Shown here: positions 24,901-35,538 of the stretch, one piece after another
Numbering within the stretch: the first letter of the stretch is position 1
How the letters are laid out: every line of letters starts with the position of its first letter
Position numbers and translations under genes: made by a program
Assembly (NCBI RefSeq): GCF_009834535.1
Contig: NC_045704.1
Span: 9,176,001-9,240,000, forward strand
Direction: 5' to 3'
Length of the DNA: 64,000 bases
From: Camelus ferus
Taxonomy: Eukaryota
Notes under the pieces: generated by a model
What the model was told of the DNA's origin: nothing
The model's input: only the letters and a program-made list of their open reading frames with translations
The model's database searches: none

Positions 24901-26720
24901 CTATTTTACAAAGGAAGAAACTGAGGGCCGGAGAGGTCAATTAATCTCCTAAAGTCACATTAGTAACCAGTGGCAGGGCCAAAAGTTGAAGGCAAGCAGT
25001 GGGGTTACAGAGTACGTGCTGTTACCCTCACCACATGCCGGCTTTCAATATCTCTCCCCAAAATAAAGGAAAGCCCTCACTCCACCTTATACTGGAAATA
25101 AACTTTGCCCTACCCACTTCCCAGCAACCCGACCCCAGGACTAGTCACTGGCATTTACTGAATGCTAACAAGCACCAGATCAGGTGCCTTATGTTGCTGT
25201 CTCAATCAAACTTCACGACAGACTCGTAAGATAAGCATCACTATTATTCTCATTTAGTATACAGGAGGACTAAGGCCACACCATGTCACCGTCACTCCTC
25301 TGCTCAAAACCTGCAGTGACCCCATCTGGCTCAAAGTAGGTCAAAGATGACCTCCACAGCCCCAGCAGCTTCCTGGCTGCTCCACCAATGTGCCAGTTCT
25401 GTTCCTGCCCCAGGGCCTTTGCACTGGGTGCTGCTTCTGCCTGAAATGCTCTGACTCCCATGTACACAGCAGCTCTCTCACTCCCTCACCTCCTTCATGT
25501 CTTTGCTCAAATGCTGTCTTCTCAGTGAGGTGCCCCAAGACCACTGTCACCTGTCACCCAGACCCACATTCCTGCTCACCCCAGCCTCCTTCATTTCTCT
25601 CCTTTCTAAGTAGCATCATCTAATAAACCATACAGCCTGTGTGTCTGTCTTGTTGATGCTGGCCTCCCCCTTGAGGAGGTGGGCTTCAAGCAGGCATGGA
25701 TTTTTATCTGTTTTGTTCACTGTTCTATCCCCAAGACCGAGAACAGTGCCCATCTCGACAAATATTTGTTAAATAAGTGAATGAATGAATCTAGGGAAAG
25801 GGGGAGTGGTTTGCTCAGAGATATGAATGCTAGTGGAACCCTGGGCTCATCCTCTTGACCATTTCACACTTGGGGGAGGGGAGCTGTTAAGGCAGCCCCC
25901 TGCTGAGTCACAGTTGTCCAGGAGGGGGCTTTACACACAGGTGTAACTTTCTGGCACAGGGCTTTCTGGGGGGACAAGATACCATCAGAATCTCTTGAAA
26001 GAGGCCCTCCTGCCACCCCCTCTGACAGCAGGGACCCTGCAAGTCTATGCCCTTATCCTGCTGTATTTTCTTCACACGCATGTATGTATTTTGCTTTCTA
26101 ATCTTCTGCGCCATGAACTAGCATATGCACTCCCTGAGGACAGTGGCTTTTGTCTCCTGTTCTCTGCTGCATCCCTACCGTGCAGTAGATGCTCATCAAA
26201 CAAACAGTTGTTGAACAAAAGAATGAATGAAGAATATTCATGAAGAACATTCTTGGCTTGGTGGAGCTGACAAAGGCTAGATGATTGATTCCAATGCCCT
26301 ATGAGGGCAAACCTCCTGTCCTTATTCTTCCCTTCAATTCCTCTGCTCCAGCCTCACTGGCATCCCCCTCACAATGATCATGGCCACCTCAGGGCCTTTG
26401 TACTTGCTCTTCCCTCTGCCTAGAACAGTTCACCCACTACTTTACATGACTAAGTTACCTCTGCTAATTCAGGTTTCACCTTTGAAGTAGCTCCTAAGGC
26501 TGTCAGAAAACCCAGAGAACACCATTGATCTTGTTTATCTGTTTGCTTTTGATCTGTCTCCTCAACTAGACTATAAAGACCCACAAAACAAAGACTGTGT
26601 GTATCTCTCTCTCCTTCACGGCTGCATGCCCTGGACCTAGAACAATGAATATTCGCTCAGTGAAGAGCGAATGCATGCGAATGAATGACTGCCTAGAGGG
26701 AAAAAGAGGTCTTGCCCTAG
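21950..26720. repeat. Dense MIR and L2 remnants (plus a short L1 patch near 23990-24110) in ZNF865 intron 1
   Basis: Repeated MIR cores (ttttacaaaggaagaaactgaggg, aaggtcac) and L2 tails (aatatttgttaaataagtgaatgaatgaat). Individual boundaries not resolved. Confidence 0.75.
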
Positions 26721-27344
26721 TGAAGCTGGGAGTCTTCTTCACTTTGTCCAGGAGGAGGGAGTGAGAGCTGGATGAGAAGAGGCAGGACAGGATGAGAGCT
26801 GTTAGTACTGGGGGAGAGGGGCATTCTAAGAAGAAAAGCCTCATGCAGGGCACTGTTCTGTGGGAGGACAGCAGACAGGAGCTGACCCAGAGGAGGGTGG
26901 GTTGGGAGGTGGGACAGAAGTGTTTCATGGGAGCCTGGGGCTAAACTGGCAGCTATTTCTACCTGAAGAGGGAGAGAATGCGGGTGTGAGAGCACAACTC
27001 TAGACGGAGCTGTTTTTGGCAGGGGAGGAGGTCGCTGAGTTCAAAGGAGTATTCTAAAGGAGAATTATTAGGGCAGGGGAAATGGAGAAGGAAAAAAGGC
27101 ATTCTTGGCCGCTGACCAGAATGCTAAGTATTTTTACACCAACAGAAAGGGTATGGGGGGGGGGCGATGGCTAGGAGCTTTGGGGGCTTTTGTCCGTGGA
27201 CAGAGAAAATGGGGGAGAGACCTGCTGTAAAGCACTAATGTAACATTCGTTGGAGGCAACCTGTAGGGGATACTAAATGCAGGTTCATGGGTAGTTGCCC
27301 TGCATGGGGACGGGCAATGCATTTTGGGGGCTGTCCTGGAAGAA

Positions 27345-27565
27345 GCAATGACGGGGGGCTCTGGAGAAGAGACCTTACGAGAAAGCATTAGTAGGGGGCC
27401 CTGGCAGCAGTTTAGGGAATCGCCACGAATGAGGGCGCCCTGGCAGCTGTCCTGCATGGGGGCATTAGTGGGAGATACCTGGAGTAGTCTTACGGGGGAG
27501 CAGTGACTGGGGGCCCCTGGAGAGGGCCCACCGGGAGAAGCACTGATGGAGACGTTCTGGGGACC
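27345..27565. repeat. Degenerate 37-40 bp minisatellite, about 6 units
   Basis: Unit starts 27345, 27385, 27422, 27462, 27500, 27540; each has CTGG 16-18 nt in. Confidence 0.7.
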
Positions 27566-28010
27566 AGGGTCGGCCAGGGCGGGGCCCCCCGCCCACGTTG
27601 CCCCCGGGCCNNNNNNNNNNNNNNNNNNNNNNNNNNNNNNNNNNNNNNNNNNNNNNNNNNNNNNNNNNNNNNNNNNNNNNNNNNNNNNNNNNNNNNNNNN
27701 NNNNNNNNNNNNNNNNNNNNNNNNNNNNNNNNNNNNNNNNNNNNNNNNNNCGCGCCGCCCGCCTGCCCGCCCGCCCGGAAGCGGAAATCGCGCCCGTCTC
27801 CGAGGCGCCGGCGTGGAGGAGCGGAAAGAGGAGGCGGCGGCGGCGACCGGGAAGGGGAAGTGCGCCTGCGCACTGGCTAGGGAACACGGGCGGGGAGAGC
27901 CTCGGCCGCTTCCGGTGGATGAGTAGAGCAAAGTGCGCCTGCGCTCTGTGCGCCCGCCTCATCTCAGGGCACCGCCCACACGCTCCGGACATCCGGATAA
28001 GCCACGCCCC
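27560..28010 (-). promoter_or_regulatory. ZNF865: ZNF865 CpG-island promoter and non-coding first exon; donor probably hidden in the 27611-27750 gap (140 N)
   Basis: CpG-dense. Tandem ETS CCGGAAGCGGAAAT near 27776, NRF1 TGCGCCTGCGCA 27861-27872 and a second copy at 27934, CTTCCGGT 27909. Confidence 0.75.
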
Positions 28011-28319
28011 TTATGTAAATTTAACGTTTAAACCCCCTCTTCTATCCCGAATCACGCCTATTTCAGAGCTTAATTACCATAGTCCCCGCCCTTCGTCTCA
28101 GAATCCCAGCCCCATGGTTTTCCCTGTTCCTCCCCGCCTCCAATCCCCTACCGTCTAGAACTCCACCCTCTCATAAGCCCCGCCTCTCAGAGGTTCTTAA
28201 GCTGAACCACGCCCCTGCGTTTAAGCCTCGCCCCTTCCTCCCATAGCATTGAAGCTCCGCCTCTCACAACTTTCACTCGAAATTAATTCTGCCTCGCACT
28301 TTCAAAGCATTCCCTGAAG

Positions 28320-28507
28320 TCAGTGGGTCTCAAGTATGACTTGGAGACTAGTAGCAGTGGCATCACCAGCGAATTTGTTATAAATGTTAAGCTCTCAAAC
28401 CCTCTGCCCCAAATTCACTGATCAGGGACCCTAAGGGTAGGGCCTAGGGACCTGCGTTTTAAAATACCCTTTAACTGATTCTGATGCAGGATGAAGTTTC
28501 AAAGCAC
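28320..28507. mobile_element. MER5A-like hAT-Charlie MITE
   Basis: cagtgggtctcaag...agcagtggcatcacc...tgcgttttaaaatacc...tgattctgatgca. Confidence 0.7.
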
Positions 28508-29390
28508 AGCTTTACCACACTTTACACGGCCTCCTTTGTGTAGTCTCCCTAAGCCTCGCCCCCACCTCTGTCCCATCTCAAGCTGCTAAGCCCAATTCTG
28601 CTCAGCCCTTATTACTAAGCTCCACCTCTCTCGGGGACTTTCCTTTGTTACTCCTCTCTTAAGTCCCTCTTTCTCTCCCCTTGGTCTGTATAGCAGTCAT
28701 ACTCACAGCTCAACATCCTAACAGTTTAAGTCCCATCTGTCCTAAAACTTGCTTAGCCGCAGTTTCCCCTTGAAGTCCCTCCCCTCAGATAAACCCTATC
28801 CATTCCCTCTAAATGCTCTCTCAATTTCTGCCTGCCAGTTTCTACACCAGTCTAAGATTCACACCAGTTCTCAGCCCCTTCTCCTAAGCCCTGCCCACAG
28901 TTCTCACCTAACTTCCCAACACGGCTCTCCCCTCAGTCCCAGCCCTGGCTGCGGAGTCCTTAGCCCCGCCTCCCGCCCCCGTCTGCCTGAGCCCTACCAA
29001 AGTTGCAGTCCTGCATGCAACCCTCAACTCAGCTATTTCCCTGCAATCAGCGCCAGGACAAAGAGATGGGTCAAAGTGGTGGCTGCAGAACTTCTGGGAA
29101 TCTGGCTGGAATTGGGGAGGAGGACCTAGACTCACGTTTGCACAGAAAGGTCAATGTTTTACTTAAGAGTGGATATTTAGGGGGAGTGCTTTGAGGTCCA
29201 CTGGAGATGGGAGAGGGATCAAAAGCTCCCTCAAGCCAGTCTTTAGTGCCAGGGTAATGAGGTACATGGCATGGGTCACGTAACATAGGTCGTCCCATCG
29301 GGGTGGTTTCCCGGCGGAAGGATCTTCGAAGGGAGGAGGGCCAGCCCTGGGACCATCACGGAACACACACAAGAAGCCAGTAGGCAGAGA

Positions 29391-29396
29391 TTTATT
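29391..29396 (-). terminator. ZNF524: Probable ZNF524 polyadenylation signal (AATAAA)
   Basis: tttatt on the plus strand about 210 nt past the stop codon. Confidence 0.65.
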
Positions 29397-29606
29397 TCCA
29401 CAGCCCCCGCCTCCAAGGGCCTGTCAGTCCGGGGGAGGGCCGCAGAAGGCAGCAGGACCCAGATGTTTGTGTCCTCACACTCAACCCCCTCCCACAACGG
29501 GAAGACCACCAAACATGAGGGTGTTCCAGGCTCCCTGCCCAGGTCCAGCACCAGCTGAACTCCCAGCTCTAAACCTGGCCTGGGGAGCGCTGACCAGGGG
29601 TGTGGG

Positions 29607-30393
29607 TCAGGCCAGCTCTTTCCCCTCCAGCTCCTCCTCATCGGCCCCTGCTGTGGCCGGGACACCCTCGTCGTCCCACGGTGGTTCAGGCCCTGGGTCC
29701 GGGGGACACAGGGGTGTCTCCATGGCCTCGGGGTGCTTGCGTTTGGCATGGCGCCGGAGCGTGTTGGCTTCCGTGAAGCGCAGCCGGCAGACGGGGCACT
29801 GGTAGGGGCGCTCCCCTGAGTGGACGCGGTGGTGGTGGGCCAGCTCGCCCGCCTCTCGGAAGCGGCGGGGGCAGAGTGGGCAGCGAAAGGGCCGCAGGCC
29901 AGGCATGGATGTTGCAGTGCCGCCGCAGGTGGCTGGACCGCTTGAAGGTCTTGCCGCAGTCCTTGCACTCGTGAGGCTTCAGCTCTGAGTGTGAGATGCT
30001 GTGGCGCTCCAGGTCGGAGAGGTAGGGGAAGGCCCGAAGGCACACCGGGCAGAAATGCGGGGCCTTCTTAGGGCCGGAGCTCTCAGGCCCGCCTGCCACT
30101 GACCCTTCAGAGACTGTGTAGGGCACACCCTGATCATCGATCAACAGGAGGTCACTGCCACTGCCGCTGCCCACTGGGGCTGTCACCCCCTGCGCCAGTG
30201 GGGACTCCTGCCCTGACTTGGGAGGGCGGCCCCGCTTGCGAGGGAGGGAGGCCTTGAGTGTCCGATTGGAGGAGGAGGCCCCCCCGGGACGTCGGCCTCG
30301 GCGGCCCCGGGGAACAGGAGGAGGTAAGGCCAGAGGTTTCTCTTCCTCCCCGGGCAAAGGCGAAGGCCACGGGTCTGGGCTGGGGGTGTCCAT
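29607..30393 (-). CDS. ZNF524: ZNF524: AT-hook plus four C2H2 fingers; one apparent 1-nt insertion at about 29902
   Basis: [31 protein letters not shown] (AT-hook)..HCNIHA, continuing in another frame as [36 protein letters not shown]. Acceptor ctctcctcttag| at 30434-30433. Confidence 0.93.
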
Positions 30394-31549
30394 GGAGCAG
30401 TGGGGGGCTTGGGTCTGGGCACTGGAGCCGGGCTAAGAGGAGAGAGGGGGCAGCCGTCAGTGCAGGGAGGGCCTGGAGCACCCCTTGTCCCCCAAAACCT
30501 CGCCATCCCTGGGTCAGAGTTTCTCCACCTGGGCATGGCCAACATTCACTTGGACACACAGTTAAAGCTATGCTAGTGGGTAAAGTAGCAAGATACTTCT
30601 GTGCCAGTTGGTAAACAGGCACTGCCCTGGGCCCCACAGGTGTCTCCCAGGCCTCCCTAACCCCTCCCTTGGATTTAGACACTCAGGGAAAACTTGAACC
30701 AAAGTAAAGAAAAACCTTCCACGGAGGATAGGGTCCAACTGAGGGCGCAAACCAGTATTTTGATCCTCAAAACAGAGACCATCAAACCCCAGAGCCACAG
30801 AGGCCTCAGAAATGTTTCTGTCCCCACTCCTAACTGACAGAAGTGATGGGGGAGAGGGTTCAGGATTGGAAGAATAAAAGGGCTGGTCCCAGCTGATGTC
30901 CGGTCCTGAGTTATGGATGAGGTCATATGTCAGAGCTAGTAGAGTCAGAGGTTCTGAGTTCGATTCCCGAGTCTGTCACTTACTCTATCATGGTGAGAAG
31001 GTAAGCCTCACACCCATGCTCTGAATAAGGGTATATCACCTCCATTTTGCAAATGGGGAAATCAAGGCACAGGAAAGCCAACTCAGGTGCCCAAGCTCCT
31101 TCTGCCGGTTAGTGGAAGGGCCAGGACTCGAACCAGATCTCGAAGACCCCAATGGTTCAGGGAGTGAGAAGAAATGAACCCAAGAGACATCATGGGGTCA
31201 CTTAGTGTCCCGCGTTAGTGTCCCCCAGATCTGCTGTTAATTAAGGAGTGGCTTTGCCTCTCTGAGCCAGTTTCCACTTCTGGAAAATGGATATAGCAGG
31301 GTTGTCGGTTGACATATAGTAAGCACTCAATAAACTACCATCACGACACCACCACCAGCAGCAGATGCTGGGACCATGGGAGGGGGAGGAAACAGGTGCA
31401 GCTTAGATTAGGGGCTGCAGGTGCCACTGCACCCCCTTGTAACGGGCATACAGATTGAGGTTCAGAGAAGGGTAACTACTTTTCCATGATCACACGGCTT
31501 GCTCCTTTGGGGGTGCCTGGACTAGAACCCGGGTCTCTACAACAGTGCC

Positions 31550-33150
31550 CCCGACCCTCGCCCGCCTCTACCCCGTGCAGGCGCGTGCCCGCCAGCCCCG
31601 AGCGCGCGGGGCGGGCCCTGCGGGGGCGGCGGCCAATGAGCGGAGCCGGGCCGCGGACGGCGAGGGCCTCCAGGAAGGGGGTCTGCGCGCGCGCGCCCAG
31701 GCGGGCCGGCTCCATGGGGCGCGAGGTCGGCGCGCGCGCTTCGGCGAGCGCGGGAGCAGGAGCAGGTGGGGGGCGCGCTCCAAGAGTGCGCGGCCCCAAG
31801 CCTCCCCTCCCTCTGCTCCCCTCCCCCCGCCCGGGCCCCCCGCCTCTCGGGTACCTCATTTGCATGTCGCCTGGGCTCGCGAGTGTGCGCGCGCGGGGGC
31901 GCGGGGCCGGCGCGTGGGAAGGGGCGGGGGCGAGGGGGCCCTGCCCCTCGGCGGCGCGCGTGCGGGACTGCCCCGCCCCTCGGAGGGGACGCCCGGCGGC
32001 CCCTCCCTCCTTTCCCTCCTTCCCCTCCTCGTCCCCGTCGGGCCCGCGCCCGCGGGGAACAAAGGGGACGCGCTGGGTCCTAGGGACCGGTCACTCCCCA
32101 CCGGCAAACCGCGCCTGCGCACCCGTCGCCCTCGCTGGTCCCGAGCGGGAAATTACCCCACCAACACATCCTAAACACACAGAAATGTCTTTCCTCCCCC
32201 AAAACACCCAGCTGGGCGACCCAATCAAAGACAGGTACCGAAAGGATGAGGAGCGGGAAAATGGCCGCTCGTTCCCGTAATTAACATGGCGCCTGATGGG
32301 CTTCAAATCCCACTGGAGGGCTAAGCACAAGATGGAGCCTGCGTTTTCCTCCTATCTCTATCGCAGTCGGCGAACTTCGATTTCTCTCTTCTCCTCATGA
32401 AACTCTACATCCTACCCAGGAGGAGCCTGAGGCTACGAAAAGGGAATCAAATCTGCCCTCTTCTATGTTAACACCCTCCAGCATCGAGGAGAGGAGGCCG
32501 CGCGCGCTCAGCTTGTTGCCCTTAGTCTGTATGGCGCCGGAGGTCACCCTAAGCCCCGCCTCTTCCCGTGCCCTCACTCAAGATGGCGCCACCCTGGCTT
32601 CTCTAACCTCCAGTAGCTGGGAAAGGGACGGGAAAGAGGGAGAAAGGAGGAAGGCGGGGAGGAGGGAAGCCAAGAAGGCGGGAGAAGGGGGAGTGCGGGG
32701 GAGAAGGGAGCCGAGGCGGAAGTCGGGGGGCCCCCCTGGGTGGAAGTGACGCTACCCCCGCTGCCCAAAATGTCGGCGCCCAGAGGGAGGTGTAAGTAAT
32801 TAAAGAGGAAAGCCGACTGACTTTCCCGGCCTCCCGGGGCCGCCTCAGGGCTCCAGAACCCCCGCTCCGTACGAGCGAGGTGGACTCGCCCGGCTGCGGG
32901 TCTAGCCTGACCTGCCCCCGCCCCGGGCGCCCGGGGCCGCACCTTTTAGGGACAGGGGGGAGGGGCACAAAAGGCTGGCTCTCTGGGCCTGGGTCCTCGA
33001 GCGGACCGGGTGGGGGGGCCAACCCCGCGGGCATCAAGGTGGGGAGGAGGCGGGGCTTAATGATGGCTGGGGCGGAGCAACTGCTGGGAGGAGCCTTGGT
33101 GGGCGTGGTTTGGAGTGGAAATGGGCGGGACTGTCGCGGAAAGTGGGAGG
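31550..33150. promoter_or_regulatory. Bidirectional CpG island shared by ZNF524 (-) and FIZ1 (+)
   Basis: CpG-dense. Minus donor GAG|GTACCC (exon ends 31855), plus donor GT|GTAAGT (exon ends 32791), YY1-type sites 32258-32588, ETS GCGGAAGT near 32716, CCAAT near 31633. Confidence 0.8.
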
Positions 33151-34342
33151 GGTTTAGGTAAAGGGGAGAGGTTTGACAAAGGGGCGTGGCTCAGTGAGAC
33201 TAGTAGGAGGGCCCTAAGTTGAAGGATCCTAATTTGGGCTGAGTGTGGTAATGGGGTTCTGTGTGGAGGTGCGAGGAGCTTAGAGAAGAGGGGTTTGTCT
33301 AGGGATGTGTCTTTCAGAAAGTGGTGGGCATAGTGAGGGGCATAGGGTTTAAGCGTGTAATTTCGGGGCATCTTAGTGAAAGTGGCAAGCCTTTACAGTG
33401 AAGGTGAAATGAATTAGGATGGGGAGATGCTCAGAGGGGAAGGGCTGAGAAAGCGAGGTATGTTGAGTGGAGGGAGTCTTTGAAAGTTTGGGGCTTACTT
33501 AAAGGCTGAGTTTAAAGGAAAAATTGAGTGGGGTTTAGGAGGCGGATCTTGGTAGGGAAAAGATGGTGGGACTTCAAGAAGAAACTCGAACTAACTTAGC
33601 ACATAGTTGTAATCAATACAGCTTACCTGTTGAGTCTTTGCTGTGAGCAGGCTTTAAAAAGCACGCAGCACACATGGCCACGATTCTCCTCAGTCCTCAT
33701 CACCACTCCCTGAGGTATTATCCCTACTTTGCAGATGTAAAGAGAATCAGTTGGTTTTATCCGAGATTCCAGGACTAGTTCTGGTCGCCCTGGAAGGTTG
33801 ACTCAAGTGTCTATAGCCCCAAATCTTTGTCCTCTCATTGGCTAAAAATGTGAATCTTCATCTGAAGGTGACTCTCATCTTCAAAGAGTGGGAGTGACTT
33901 TTGGAGGGAAGGGGCTTGTCAAGAGCCTTCAGGAACAACGCAGAAACTTTGGGAAGAGGAGGCGGGACCTGAACGCGAGCGGACGGGCCTTAACCACAGT
34001 GGGTGGGGCTTAGAGTGAAGCAGGGAGTCCATTCGCAAAGGGTGGGGGAGGCTGAAAACAGTGGCACAGAAGCGATTTGGAAGTGATTAGGAAGACTGGC
34101 AGATGAATGGGGGGAGCGGTTGTAGGATAGTGGGAGGGGCTTAAAGAGCAGTGGATGTGGCTTGGGTGGATGGGCACGGCTTAGAAGGTACTGGGCGGGG
34201 CTCCCAGGGACAGGTGGCGGATCTGTGAGTCCAAGGAGCCCGATAGGGGAGACTAATGAGGGGGTGACTCCCTCACCCCACCCTCCATGTCTCCCCGCTC
34301 CAGAGAGACCCCCACCCGCCACTGCCCTTGCGCCAGGCCACC

Positions 34343-34654
34343 ATGGATGACGCCCCGCTGCCAGCGCCCCCGGTCCCTGCCCCCGCCCCGGCTCCGGCTC
34401 CACCCGCTGCTGCTCCCCGCGTCCCGTTTCACTGCAGTGAGTGTGGCAAGAGCTTCCGCTACCGCTCGGACCTGCGGCGCCACTTCGCTCGGCACACTGC
34501 GCTCAAACCCCACGCGTGTCCGCGCTGCGGCAAGGGCTTCAAGCACAGCTTCAACCTGGCCAACCACCTGCGCTCACACACTGGTGAGCGGCCCTACCGC
34601 TGCTCTGCCTGCCCCAAGGGGTTCCGAGACTCCACCGGCCTGCTGCACCACCAG
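34343..34654 (+). CDS. FIZ1: FIZ1 coding exon 1 (104 codons)
   Basis: gccaccATGG Kozak; MDDAPLPAPP..PRVPFHCSECGKSFRYRSDLRRHFARHTALKPHAC..GLLHHQ; donor CAG|GTGAGT. Confidence 0.95.
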
Positions 34655-35538
34655 GTGAGTCCTGCAGGCCGGCCCCAGGCTGGCCTCCCTGGGACCCACT
34701 ATGGGCAACAGACAGCTGGCCCAAGGCCCTTCACCGACCTCCTCCCCTAAGAAAATTTATCCCTCCCTCCCCATCAAAGCACCCTGACCAGTCAAAGCAT
34801 GAGTGTTTCTCTTTCAGTCACCACCAAATACAGAAACTAAAACATTCATACATTCATAGTAAATTTGCCCTACATAAAAGTTCCTGCCCCCTCCCATGCC
34901 CCTGCTTACACCGCCAGCATTTGCAACTTTGTGTTCATCATTCCCTTACTATTTTTAAAGATAGATTTACACTGTATATACTTAATTCCTTTATTTAGTG
35001 GTTATTGAATTTTTTCTCCGCCCCAAGACCTGGGATACCAAAGTGAAATCAATAAAGCCCATGCCTTCGGAGAACTTACGTTCCATTGAAAGTGGTCCAT
35101 CCCCAGGTAGAAAATCAGCACGAAAGCAAATACACAGGCAAGGGTGATCTGGAAAAGAAGTGTCGGGAAGATAGAAGAGCAGCAGTAATAATAACCATCT
35201 GATATGTAGCAGTAAAGAGGGGAGAGCTATGGGCTACCAGGCAAGGAGGGGAGGGGCAGAGCAGGGTGATAGTTGAGCTGAGACCTGAAGTATCAGCAGG
35301 AATCCACCATGGGAACAGTATTGCAGGCAGAGGGAACAGGAAGTACAAAAGTTCTGAGGCTAGAGGGACCAAAAGCTGGCCAGCGTGGCTGGAAGCAGAG
35401 AATGAAAGGGGAGAAGCTAGATCCTGGCCCTGTAGGCCTGGTAGGGAGCCTCACCCTCATCCCTTAGGGAGGCCAAGAATCTGCCCCGAGGGCTAGACCC
35501 TCAGCCCTGACACTGGGCTCTTCCTCCTGCCCTCTCAG

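Noticed and set aside
27345-27565. CRISPR-like repeat-spacer array
   Set aside because: Mammalian DNA; units are contiguous and degenerate, with no unique spacers or cas genes.
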